This document shows, in pieces, positions 37,659 to 46,731 of a stretch of DNA of 64,000 bases. The DNA is from a virus. Positions within the stretch are counted from its first letter, which is position 1; each line of letters starts with the position of its first letter. The stretch is from IMG/VR virus record IMGVR_UViG_3300043449_002191, positions 32,001 through 96,000 of that record, one strand, 5' to 3'. The translations under genes were made by a program, and so were the position numbers. Below the pieces are notes generated by a model. That model searched no databases and was not told the origin of the DNA. It saw only the letters and a program-made list of their open reading frames with translations.

Positions 37659-38108
37659 TGCTTCTCCGGTCTAAAATACAAGTCTAACTCTCTGGATTGG
37701 ATATCATAAGACGTATCTGAACCAAGAAGCCCTACGGTGTAGATGTGGACATTTGTTTGACTGCTTAGCGATAGATTTAGAGTAATTGTTCTGATGGCAG
37801 ATGGGTTTAAGAACATGGGCGTTTCTGATACAGCTGGACCCTTAATCGTAGCGTCATATTGAATTCGATAACCTTTAATGAAATCTGATATATCCATTTT
37901 ATTTCCCCTTTACTTTTACAGATTTAGCCAAACGCTCTTGCTTTTCGCAAAACTCTGAGGCTTCTTTGTTAAATTTAGCGGTACTAACCTGACGCTTCAA
38001 TTTGATATACGAGTGCATACAACCAATCCAAAAATCGCTTTTTTTAGCCCTCTTTGGTGCAGATTGGCATCCAATTGCAAAAATAATTGACAATAATAGA
38101 TATCTCAT
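37655..38108 (-). other. two small ORFs (37655-37897; 37899-38108 lipoprotein)
   Basis: The second has the lipobox FAIGC. Confidence 0.6.
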
Positions 38109-38304
38109 ATTAGCGCATCTCCCTTAACATAGCAGCAATAAAGATACCGCTAGCAATTGCAGAAATTAAACCTGGAATACTGAAGGTTAAAATACCACTT
38201 AACATCCATAAACTACAGGCGATTAGCCTTAATCTAGGAAGCTTTTTTAGACGTGCAATAAATAAAATCATTTTACCTCCACAGAAGAATTATAGTGTTT
38301 TTTC

Positions 38305-38334
38305 TTGCATTATTATACTTTTTTGTGGTAGAAT
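38305..38334 (+). promoter_or_regulatory. sigma70-like promoter
   Basis: TTGCAT-18 nt-TAGAAT with an extended TG. Confidence 0.5.
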
Positions 38335-38355
38335 TATAGAGTAATAGGAGGATAT

Positions 38356-38868
38356 ATGAAAAAGCTTATTTTGATAGGGCTGTTAGCTTTTTGCTCAAAC
38401 GGTGTAGCCGATGAGGGATCAGTTTATTATGAACGAATTAATGCAGCGTTTACTTGGGATGGAGTTTTTAGTTTAGATGAGTATAAGCGTTATACGTTTG
38501 AGGGTCACGGGGTTGGCTTACAAACAGATGTATTGCAGTATGAAGAATTTCGTATTAGGACTAACACTCATTTAGTTCAAGGTAATTACGGTGTTATGTA
38601 TGGCGCTGGAGTGTCAGCCTTTCCTTTATGGTCGATTACTCGTAATCTTAAACTTGCCCCTGAATATAACTTAGGCTTTGACCTTTTTTCTACAAATAGC
38701 TTTTCTCCTTATAAGTCAACTCAATTAAATTTTAGCTCAAAGATTGGGCCTAAGTTAAAATATAAGGATCTTGAAGTTGGGGCTTATGTCTTTTACTCAG
38801 ACTCACTGAGCGGTGTAAATCTTTCAGGCACAAGCCTTCAGGTGAACTATACAATTTGGGGGTATTGA
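38356..38868 (+). CDS. putative outer-membrane beta-barrel protein
   Basis: Sec signal peptide, alternating amphipathic strands, aromatic C-terminus LQVNYTIWGY. Confidence 0.6.
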   Translation: MKKLILIGLLAFCSNGVADEGSVYYERINAAFTWDGVFSLDEYKRYTFEGHGVGLQTDVLQYEEFRIRTNTHLVQGNYGVMYGAGVSAFPLWSITRNLKLAPEYNLGFDLFSTNSFSPYKSTQLNFSSKIGPKLKYKDLEVGAYVFYSDSLSGVNLSGTSLQVNYTIWGY

Positions 38869-38893
38869 TTCAAAGTTGATATCATATGATAAC

Positions 38894-38923
38894 AAAAAGA
38901 CCCACAGGAAACTGTGGGTTTTT
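38894..38923. terminator. bidirectional intrinsic terminator
   Basis: AAAAAG-ACCCACAG-GAAA-CTGTGGGT-TTTT between convergent genes. Confidence 0.8.
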
Positions 38924-39085
38924 ACTTTAAAAATAGGATTAAATATAGAGTGTAGATCTAGTTATAGGCACAAAATTAAAGAGATTATTCGCTTTTAGGT
39001 CCTTTTGCGTCAAATAAAAGGACCATCATAATTATGACAAAAGGCCAGAAAAAGACTCCCAGCAAAAAGACTAGACTGAAGGAGG

Positions 39086-39346
39086 TCACTTCCATTTAGG
39101 TGCCCCTGAAACTTCTTTTAAAAGGTCTTTGCCTTCGTTCACGCATTTATTCATAAGCTCTTCGTTTTCAGTAGGCGAGCTATCTTTTTCAATGACGCAA
39201 TTAGCTATAGAAACGGCACATTCTTCTTTGCTATCTTTTGTGATATATGGACTGTTAAATTGACACAACATGGCAATCACAGTTACTACTTTATCTAGCG
39301 AAACCATTTTAATCCTCCCACTTATATTTATTTTCAATCCAAGCAA
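39086..39346 (-). CDS. hypothetical Cys-containing protein
   Basis: Likely start MVSLDK near 39307. Confidence 0.55.
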   Translation of the reverse strand: MLGLKINISGRIKMVSLDKVVTVIAMLCQFNSPYITKDSKEECAVSIANCVIEKDSSPTENEELMNKCVNEGKDLLKEVSGAPKWK

Positions 39347-39527
39347 ATGCTTCTACCCCATGAGGTATTACTTTAGTCCGAATGGGCGGCGGAACCATCC
39401 CCACCATAGATTCACAATGAGTCAATACAATTTCAGCCAATTCGTCAGAGTTAATATCATCACCTTGTCCTTCAAGGTATGTATCAATTGCCATTTTAAG
39501 CACCTTTAAAGCCTCGTCCCTTTTCAT
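39309..39527 (-). CDS. divergent MKRSE-family mini-protein
   Basis: MKRDEAL...GMVPPP...WED. Confidence 0.65.
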   Translation of the reverse strand: MKRDEALKVLKMAIDTYLEGQGDDINSDELAEIVLTHCESMVGMVPPPIRTKVIPHGVEAFAWIENKYKWED

Positions 39528-39621
39528 ATTTGCTCCTTAATTAGGTAAATTATAGACCCAAGCAAGAAAAAAAGCAAAACTATCGTAATTAATAAGCCTG
39601 TTTCAATATTCCTGTCATTTT

Positions 39622-40026
39622 TCATTTTTTAGACTTCTTTTTTAAGGGCTTTCTTGTGTACATTTTCTTTTTAGAGAAAAGGCCAATATCATCAAATTTA
39701 GAAACTGCCCATAATAATGTATTGAGATCAGCAATTGTACAAAGAGGTAATTCAATCTTTTTCTTTTCATCAAAAAACTTTATTACGCAGCCGCCATCAA
39801 AATTCTCAAAAGATACAATAGGCTTATTTCTCAGGCGCTCAGTCCACTGGTCGCCTTTAGCAATAAGAACAAATTTTGTGTACCAGCCCTTTTTGTCCTT
39901 AACGCCCTTGACCTTAAAAGTTGTAGAGTATTTTAATCCTGCTAAATCTTGAGACTCATCAATCATAGCCTCAAAAAACTTTTTATCAAGCTTTTCATGA
40001 CGAGCTTTAATTAAATTTTTTTCCAT
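39622..40026 (-). CDS. hypothetical protein downstream of ncRNA copy 3
   Basis: The AGGAG RBS supports a start at MEKNLIK (40026). Confidence 0.7.
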   Translation of the reverse strand: MEKNLIKARHEKLDKKFFEAMIDESQDLAGLKYSTTFKVKGVKDKKGWYTKFVLIAKGDQWTERLRNKPIVSFENFDGGCVIKFFDEKKKIELPLCTIADLNTLLWAVSKFDDIGLFSKKKMYTRKPLKKKSKK

Positions 40027-40043
40027 ATATTCTCCTAAAAAAG

Positions 40044-40234
40044 TGAGAGGGCCGGACGCTACTCCGACTATGCCGTTCATTGTGCTTGTGCGACCACAAC
40101 TATCGCTTTGATGTTATCGCTACTTCGTAGCGGCGAGGCCCCAGCCGCTATTAGTGCGTGTCTCCAGTGGCCCTTGTTTCAGGTCTTTCTAATCGGAACT
40201 ACCGACTTCCACAGCTTTCCACGCCGCTCTCTCA
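40044..40234 (-). ncRNA. tRNA-shaped structured ncRNA, copy 3 of 3
   Basis: Terminal stem TGAGAG(A)G/CCTCTCA; GGCGTGGAAAGCTGTGGA; CCACTGGAGACACGCA (identical to copy 2); GTCGG-AGTAGCGT-CCGGC. Confidence 0.75.
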
Positions 40235-40247
40235 ATAATATAATATC

Positions 40248-40478
40248 TTAAAATTCTTTGCTAAGATAATACTCAGTATATGCAATTTCTCGGTCTAAAG
40301 CCTCTTTACACTTGTTAGATCCACAAGTTAAACTAAATAAAACAGCAGCTTGACCAGCAATAAAGGATTCTCCAATAACTCGTTCTACGGTTTTATTGCA
40401 ATAGGCGCAATTCATATTTGTTACGGGGTTAATGCCAACGGGTAGTATTACTAGTTTATTGTCCATAAAATCCTCCAT
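40248..40478 (-). CDS. hypothetical Zn-binding-like protein
   Basis: CAYC...CGSNKC; TTGACT-type promoter upstream (~40490-40513). Confidence 0.6.
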   Translation of the reverse strand: MEDFMDNKLVILPVGINPVTNMNCAYCNKTVERVIGESFIAGQAAVLFSLTCGSNKCKEALDREIAYTEYYLSKEF

Positions 40479-40547
40479 AATCCATAAATACCATAAGTTT
40501 TATGTAAAGTCAATAAAATATTTCGACTAAAGTCCATATAATTGAAT

Positions 40548-40582
40548 AAAAAAAGCCCCCTGGGGCTAAGGGGGCTAAAAAA
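40548..40582. terminator. GC hairpin, terminator-like (T-tract on the - strand)
   Basis: AGCCCCCT-GGGGCTA-AGGGGGCT flanked by A-runs. Confidence 0.55.
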
Positions 40583-40644
40583 GGAGGGGCAAGACCTTTT
40601 ATATTATTAGGGGGTATTTCCTAAACAAATTATACCTCAAAAAC

Positions 40645-40655
40645 CCTAATCTTTT
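40645..40655 (+). promoter_or_regulatory. putative late promoter CCTAATCTTTT
   Basis: Motif ends 4 nt before the ATG at 40660. Confidence 0.6.
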
Positions 40656-40659
40656 CAGT

Positions 40660-41010
40660 ATGAACGATAAAAAACTTTTAGATATTGCAAAAAGAATTTT
40701 AGAATTGGCCAAGAATACGCCTGAAGTACTTGAAAGCACTGAGCTTTCTAAAATGGACCCTTCTAAAAAATATTTGCGTATCCGCCAAGATTGGAATACT
40801 GAGTATAAGCAAGGTGGTAAGCACTATAAGCTTCCGTTTAATACTTTGACTCATATCAATCAGTTGCCTCAAATTGATGCACATCACCAAGGCAAAAAAG
40901 TTTGGCAAGAATCTAGTACTCCCGACAAGAAGTGGGGAGAAGAAACTTATGAGATGCTACCGGAAGGCTCTTTAAAACTTGTTGGCGCTAACTACGACAC
41001 TAGTGGTTAA
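40660..41010 (+). CDS. hypothetical late protein
   Basis: 116 aa, no SD. Confidence 0.65.
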   Translation: MNDKKLLDIAKRILELAKNTPEVLESTELSKMDPSKKYLRIRQDWNTEYKQGGKHYKLPFNTLTHINQLPQIDAHHQGKKVWQESSTPDKKWGEETYEMLPEGSLKLVGANYDTSG

Positions 41011-41012
41011 TA

Positions 41013-41023
41013 CCTAATCTTAT
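41013..41023 (+). promoter_or_regulatory. putative late promoter CCTAATCTTAT
   Basis: Exact copy heading the fibre/RBP operon. Confidence 0.7.
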
Positions 41024-41089
41024 TATTGAGTTCCTGCTGTCAGAAATGCCAGTAGCTTTCGGCCAAATGTCCGTAAGGTAGGAGAAAAA

Positions 41090-41740
41090 ATGGCTTTAAA
41101 TAAGATAGACGTTCTAAGTCTAGGTCGTGGTAGTTTAAAGGATAATAGTAATTCTATTATTGCCTTTTCATCCAACAGTGAAGTTCAAACTTGGTCCAAT
41201 ACTACTACGTATGCCCAATACAATGTTGTTGAGCATTCAAGCAAAATCTACAGATCTAAAGTTGCATCCAATTTAAGCAATACTCCTGACGCATCCCCAA
41301 ATCAGTGGGAAACTCTTTATTCAGACCCAAAAGACGGTGACATCTGTTTCGTGATCAACGGAGCAAATTCTAATATTATGCAACGTGCTAATAGCGTTTG
41401 GGTTAAATATAGAGAAACAAAAATTCAAATCACTTTAAATGATGGTCAAATTTTACCTGCCGCTATTTTTACATACATTGGCAGTACTAACTATTTTTCT
41501 ACATTAGAATATACAATTAAAAGAGGTGCTGGCCACAATAGAAAAAGGGCTGGCACTATGAAGATCTTAAATGATGGCTCTAGTGATGTGGCCTATGATC
41601 ATGAGTTCACAGAAATCGGCGACGATGTTGATACTTGGATTACTCCAGTTATCTCTGGCGGAACAGTCCAGTTACAATACACATCAGGCTTTGAAGGCAG
41701 CTCAATCCAACTTGAATATAAACTTACAGGATGGCAATAA
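41090..41740 (+). CDS. virion structural protein with a CBM5/12-like module
   Basis: WSNTTTYAQYNVVEHSSKIYRS...PDASPNQW; beta-rich C-domain. Confidence 0.6.
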   Translation: MALNKIDVLSLGRGSLKDNSNSIIAFSSNSEVQTWSNTTTYAQYNVVEHSSKIYRSKVASNLSNTPDASPNQWETLYSDPKDGDICFVINGANSNIMQRANSVWVKYRETKIQITLNDGQILPAAIFTYIGSTNYFSTLEYTIKRGAGHNRKRAGTMKILNDGSSDVAYDHEFTEIGDDVDTWITPVISGGTVQLQYTSGFEGSSIQLEYKLTGWQ

Positions 41741-41955
41741 TGAACGAGCAAATCCTTAGAGAGCAGATTATTGAACTTACAAAGCTTTTAGAGCTTAAAG
41801 ATGCTAGAATCAAAGAATTAGAGGTCTTAATGACAATGCCTTTTTCTTTAGTTCCTACGGTTTCTAGCAATACAGTTATTATAACCGATGCAAATCAAAC
41901 ACAAAACTCATGTGATTGTTATAAAAAACAGGGAGTAACTAATGACGGACTATAA
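41731..41955 (+). CDS. small coiled-coil protein
   Basis: 74 aa, coupled to its neighbours. Confidence 0.5.
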   Translation: MAIMNEQILREQIIELTKLLELKDARIKELEVLMTMPFSLVPTVSSNTVIITDANQTQNSCDCYKKQGVTNDGL

Positions 41956-44900
41956 AACTCCACAACCATTAAATCAAGGTAGCGTAAAGCTATCTGAAGT
42001 ATCAATGGATACAGCTAGTGATCTATTGCAATCTCCTATCCACGATTCAGCCCTAAAAGTTACCGAGCAATTACTCAAAGTAACTGCTGACCTTTTAAGA
42101 CGACAGAGTTTTTTCTTGAGATCTGAAGGTCAAATGAAATGGGACGGTAACACTCTATTTTTTGACGAAAGCTCTATTGCTAATAATATCGCATTAGATA
42201 TTCTTCAAACAGAAAACAGTTCTCAACCAATTATCTCTATTAAAATGAATGGAGCTACTTCTGCTCCAGCTGTTGAGACAGAATTTAACTCAATTGCATT
42301 AGCTGATGGCGAAATGCTTTACCTTGAATTGGACCCAGCTATTGTAGCTGCTGCAGGTACATTACTTACTATTGAAAACAGTGTAGATTTTCCTTTGAGT
42401 GCCGCTGCTGGCAAAAGATTAGTTAGAACTACTATTGCTGCTGGTTTACCTACAGCCACAAGTCCAGTTGATCAGACTCCAGATCCAACTCCTGCCTCTA
42501 CTACTTATTATTTGCCGCTTGTAGCTAGAAGAGGTTCATACTTACAGTGGATTCCACACGGTATTTCTTGGCCAGCAGGTACATCTTCTCCTTTGGGTGC
42601 AGTTATCGTTGAAGGTTTCCAGGCTTATCCAGACCTTTTTGCAGATTCTTTTTTACAATTTACTTCTAAACTTATAGCGTTAGATGCTTTAGGCGGAGGG
42701 GTTCTTCTTTTAACTAACTCATTCGGTATAAGCGCATCAGTCACTATCCCCTCAAATGTCACTGTCTTAGGGCGTGGCGCTAAAACAGTTCTTACTGTAG
42801 CTGCTGGCGCTCAGATCATTATGAGCGAAAACTCTACTTTAGAAAATCTTAAAGTTGCAGTTGCATCAGATTTTAGTGGCGATGCTATTCATATGCTTGG
42901 AAGTAAAAGAGCTAAGCTTAAAAATGTCGTGGTAGACGTTTCTGCTGCAGTAGATCAGCCGCTTGAAGAAACTATTACATATAACGCTGCAGCATCGGTA
43001 TCAAATAAATTTGGCAGTACAGTTCTTGCTTTACTTGCTCTTTCTGATGGTAGTGTAATTTTAGGCGGTCATTTTACCAATTATAATGGTACAGCTGGAT
43101 TAAATTACTTAGTTAAACTTAACTCAGACGGAACACCTAATACAACTTTTAATACAAATGCTTCTTTAGGCTCTAAGTTTAATAATAGCGTATATGCTTT
43201 GTCTGCTTTATCTGATGGAAGCATTTTAGTTGGTGGATCTTTTACCAATTATAACGGGCAAAATGGTTGGAATAATTTAATTAAATTGTCGTCTACAGGA
43301 ATTGTAAATTCCACATTTAGTTCAAATACTTATCAAAAAATTCAACCAGTATCAGACTCAATTTCCTCTTCTATAAGATCAATTGCAGTAGACTCGTCTA
43401 ATAATATTTACACCTCTGGACAATTTAGTTTTATAAACAATAGCGATCAAGGCAGCACTACAACAGGCCCAATTACAAAAGATTCTTTTGGTAATTTTTA
43501 TTTTATAGGTAATAGTGGTATTACAATATATAAAACAGATGTGAATCGTGTAACTACTGTTTTTGCTTCTGGATTTACTGCCGCCATGGGTATTACTATT
43601 GATTCATCTGATAACCTTTACGTTTCTGATGCTGGAGCCCACGTAATTAAAAAAATTACCTCTGCTGGAGTTGTTTCTATTTTTGCAGGTGCTTCTGGGG
43701 TATCTGGATATGTAAATAATGCAAACCCTTTACTTGCTAGATTTAATGGTCCAAGGGGACTGTATGCTGTTGGTGTTGATGACGTATATGTGGCAGATAC
43801 TAGTAATCATGTTATTAGACGTGTCACTTCTGTCGGAGTAGGCACTGCTGTTGGTGCTGCTGCACCTACAGTAGCTTCTGGATATGTAAATAGTTCTACA
43901 AGTACTTCGGTTAGGTTTAATAATCCAAGCGGTGTAGTGGTTATTCCTGGTATGACTACGTATATGTACGTAACAGATACTAGTAATCACGTTATTAGAC
44001 GTACAAGCACATATATGGGATCTTCAATTACAACAACTGTTGCAGGTGCTGCTGCACCTACAGTAGCTTCTGGATATGTAAATAATGCCACAAGCACTAA
44101 CGTAAGATTTAACACTCCTCTTGGTATTGTTTTGGATTCTTCTGTTTCTCCTTACCAACTATATATTACTGATTCTAATAATTATGTTGTTAGAAAAATT
44201 GATCTTAGTACAGGAGCAACAACAACTCTTGCAGGTGCCGCTGCATCTACAGTAGCTTCTGGATATGTAAATAGTTCTATAAGTACTAATGTAAGATTTA
44301 GCTACCCATATGGAATTACGCTTTCTTCTGGCAGCCTTTATGTTTCAGATGGATCTGGTGTAATTAGACAAATTTCTACATCTACAGGAAGTACTATTAC
44401 TTATTCGGGGAATTTAAATGGGTATGTTTACAGAAATCTTGTAAAATTAAGCTCTGCAGGGGTAACAGACGCTACATACTCTACAAATACATCTTCGGGC
44501 GTATCATTTAATGAGTATATCAATGCATCTGCACTAGACTCATCAAATAATCTTTATATAGCCGGAAATTTTTCTGATTACAAAGGTGTGTCTGGAAGAA
44601 GCAAGCTTATAAAAGTAAATTCCAGTGGCGTTTTAGATACCTCATTTTGTGCAAATGCTTCAGATTCAAATAAATTTAACGGATCATTGCAATCAGTGGC
44701 AGTTCAAGCAGATGGAAAATTATTAGTCGGTGGATATTTTAGCGACTATGATGCAGCAACTGTAGATAATTTAGTTAGATTAAATGTCGATGGAACCGCT
44801 GACACATCTTTTTATACAAATGCTTCTATTGGTTCTAAATTTACAGGATATGTTAATGCGATTAAAGTCCAATCTGACGGCAAGATCTTAATTGGCGGAG

Positions 44901-45319
44901 CATTTTTAAATTATGATACAACTACGGGAAGAGACTTTCTTTTGAGACTTAATTCTAGTGGCTCATTAGATTTAAGTACATCTAATCCAACTAGCCAAAA
45001 TTTTTACACTAACGCAGTTGATGGCGGAAAATTAAATAATGCAATTTATTCTATAGGACTAAGTTCCAGCAATAATATTTTATTAGGCGGAGATTTTACT
45101 AATTATTCAGTAGCCGGACTTAATAGATATGCTTCAATACTGCCTTATGGAACTACCCTTGTAAATGCTGTTAATGTTACTGGGATAAGAGTTGAGTCTA
45201 ATAATTGCAGAATGTATGAATGTTGGTTTAAAGGTGTTTCTAGTGCCGTTCAAAGGCTTGGTATTAACTATGTGGCTGGATATACAGATAATGCTGATGT
45301 TGACAGCTTATTTGAATAA
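41942..45319 (+). CDS. receptor-binding/tail fibre protein with delta-60-like and NHL beta-propeller repeats
   Basis: Repeated 'QADGKLLVGGYF...LVRLN.DG..D.SF' (delta-60-like) units flank 'RFN.P.G...YVADT.NHVIR' (NHL) units. Confidence 0.8.
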   Translation: MTDYKTPQPLNQGSVKLSEVSMDTASDLLQSPIHDSALKVTEQLLKVTADLLRRQSFFLRSEGQMKWDGNTLFFDESSIANNIALDILQTENSSQPIISIKMNGATSAPAVETEFNSIALADGEMLYLELDPAIVAAAGTLLTIENSVDFPLSAAAGKRLVRTTIAAGLPTATSPVDQTPDPTPASTTYYLPLVARRGSYLQWIPHGISWPAGTSSPLGAVIVEGFQAYPDLFADSFLQFTSKLIALDALGGGVLLLTNSFGISASVTIPSNVTVLGRGAKTVLTVAAGAQIIMSENSTLENLKVAVASDFSGDAIHMLGSKRAKLKNVVVDVSAAVDQPLEETITYNAAASVSNKFGSTVLALLALSDGSVILGGHFTNYNGTAGLNYLVKLNSDGTPNTTFNTNASLGSKFNNSVYALSALSDGSILVGGSFTNYNGQNGWNNLIKLSSTGIVNSTFSSNTYQKIQPVSDSISSSIRSIAVDSSNNIYTSGQFSFINNSDQGSTTTGPITKDSFGNFYFIGNSGITIYKTDVNRVTTVFASGFTAAMGITIDSSDNLYVSDAGAHVIKKITSAGVVSIFAGASGVSGYVNNANPLLARFNGPRGLYAVGVDDVYVADTSNHVIRRVTSVGVGTAVGAAAPTVASGYVNSSTSTSVRFNNPSGVVVIPGMTTYMYVTDTSNHVIRRTSTYMGSSITTTVAGAAAPTVASGYVNNATSTNVRFNTPLGIVLDSSVSPYQLYITDSNNYVVRKIDLSTGATTTLAGAAASTVASGYVNSSISTNVRFSYPYGITLSSGSLYVSDGSGVIRQISTSTGSTITYSGNLNGYVYRNLVKLSSAGVTDATYSTNTSSGVSFNEYINASALDSSNNLYIAGNFSDYKGVSGRSKLIKVNSSGVLDTSFCANASDSNKFNGSLQSVAVQADGKLLVGGYFSDYDAATVDNLVRLNVDGTADTSFYTNASIGSKFTGYVNAIKVQSDGKILIGGAFLNYDTTTGRDFLLRLNSSGSLDLSTSNPTSQNFYTNAVDGGKLNNAIYSIGLSSSNNILLGGDFTNYSVAGLNRYASILPYGTTLVNAVNVTGIRVESNNCRMYECWFKGVSSAVQRLGINYVAGYTDNADVDSLFE
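43853..44273 (+). repeat. three near-identical 40-bp repeats within the NHL blades
   Basis: GGTGCTGCTGCACCTACAGTAGCTTCTGGATATGTAAATA at 43853, 44045 and 44234 (the last has 2 substitutions). Confidence 0.85.
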
Positions 45320-45328
45320 GGAGATTTT

Positions 45329-45673
45329 ATGCCAAAATTAGGTGGAGATTCAAACGCAATAGGTAAGGATCTGAATCATGCGTATAAAGCGCCTACAGAT
45401 TTAAGTTCTTCTACCGTTATTGATTGGGATGAAAACTCAATATTTTTTAATACTATTAGCGCAAATAAGACTTACACTTTTTCAAATATGGTGGAAGGTC
45501 AAACAATAGTTTTTATAGTAAAAAATACTGGAGCTTCAGCTATAACTTTGACATTCCCGACTTTAGTCAGTATTTACTTTGTTAATACAGTTCAGCCTGG
45601 AAAAGAAAATATTTACACATTTCTTAGATGCAATAGTAAAACTTATGTTACCGTAATTGATGGGATGGCCTAA
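45329..45673 (+). CDS. small fibre-associated structural protein
   Basis: 114 aa, beta-rich, in the late operon. Confidence 0.6.
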   Translation: MPKLGGDSNAIGKDLNHAYKAPTDLSSSTVIDWDENSIFFNTISANKTYTFSNMVEGQTIVFIVKNTGASAITLTFPTLVSIYFVNTVQPGKENIYTFLRCNSKTYVTVIDGMA

Positions 45674-45675
45674 TA

Positions 45676-46713
45676 ATGATGATTCCGTTTTCTAATATGG
45701 CTAGATTTTATCAAACTAATGGATCTGATGGTAATCTTGTCGTCAGTTCTGGGACAACTATTATAGCAGCTGGTAGTATAAAAAAATACTTATCTATTAA
45801 TATAGCTGCAGGTGCAACATTAGAAATTACAGGGTCTGGCTCAGAATTAACCCAAATTGGCTGCAGAAGAGAGTTCATAAACAACGGGACTATAAAAGTT
45901 AGGAATACTACTACAGGATATTCTTCTACTACTGTTACTCCAACTGTAGCTCATGCTTATAACATTACTCATAGTTTAGTTCAAAGTAGTGGCGGTTCTG
46001 GCGGTCAAGGTGGTTCTAGTTACGATAGTGGTAATGCTGGTGGTGGTAGTCAATCGAATGGCAATGGCGGTGGCGGTGGCGGAGGCGGTGCTTACAGACT
46101 TGAGAAAGCTTGCGGTGTTTGCCCTTGCGATTCTCATGCTGCATCTATTGGTGGCGGTGGCGGAGCTGGTGGTAACGATGGTGGTACTGGCGGAAATAAT
46201 GGTTATGCAGGAGGAATTTCGAATGCCCTTTCCCACTCTTCTGCTGGTGGTGCAGGCGGCGGTCCTGGTGCAGGAGGGGCTTCTCCTGGCGGAGGCGGAG
46301 GCGGTGGTGGTGCTATAAGAAGCGGCAACTGTAAATCCGGCAATGGCGGAGGCGGAGGCGGTGGTGGTGCCCGTGGTAAACATGGTGGAGCAATACTTTT
46401 ATTTCTAGAAAGCTCTATTTCTGGTACTGGCATCATAAATGCAGACGGCGATGCTGGTGGTGCAGGCGGTAATGGAGGCAGTCAATCGAGCTATGCTGGC
46501 AGAGGCGGAGGCGGAGGCGGCGGAGCAGGTGGATCTGGTGGAACGGTTGTTATTTATAAGCAATCATTAGAATCTGCTCCAAACTATTCAGTATCTGGTG
46601 GATCTGGTGGATCTGGTGGAGTTAGTAGTGGAACTTATGCTACAAACGGCGGTGCTGGTGGAGTCGGATCAACAGGAGCTGCTTATATAATTAATATCTT
46701 AAATGGAATTTAA
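45676..46713 (+). CDS. glycine-rich fibre-tip adhesin-like protein
   Basis: Multiple GGGGG runs separated by variable loops, as in gp38-like polyglycine adhesins. Confidence 0.6.
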   Translation: MMIPFSNMARFYQTNGSDGNLVVSSGTTIIAAGSIKKYLSINIAAGATLEITGSGSELTQIGCRREFINNGTIKVRNTTTGYSSTTVTPTVAHAYNITHSLVQSSGGSGGQGGSSYDSGNAGGGSQSNGNGGGGGGGGAYRLEKACGVCPCDSHAASIGGGGGAGGNDGGTGGNNGYAGGISNALSHSSAGGAGGGPGAGGASPGGGGGGGGAIRSGNCKSGNGGGGGGGGARGKHGGAILLFLESSISGTGIINADGDAGGAGGNGGSQSSYAGRGGGGGGGAGGSGGTVVIYKQSLESAPNYSVSGGSGGSGGVSSGTYATNGGAGGVGSTGAAYIINILNGI

Positions 46714-46731
46714 GTAGGTAAGAGGTAAAAA

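Noticed and set aside
40027-40080. N-terminal extension of ORF 39622-40080
   Set aside because: It overlaps ncRNA copy 3; the AGGAG RBS supports a start at 40026.
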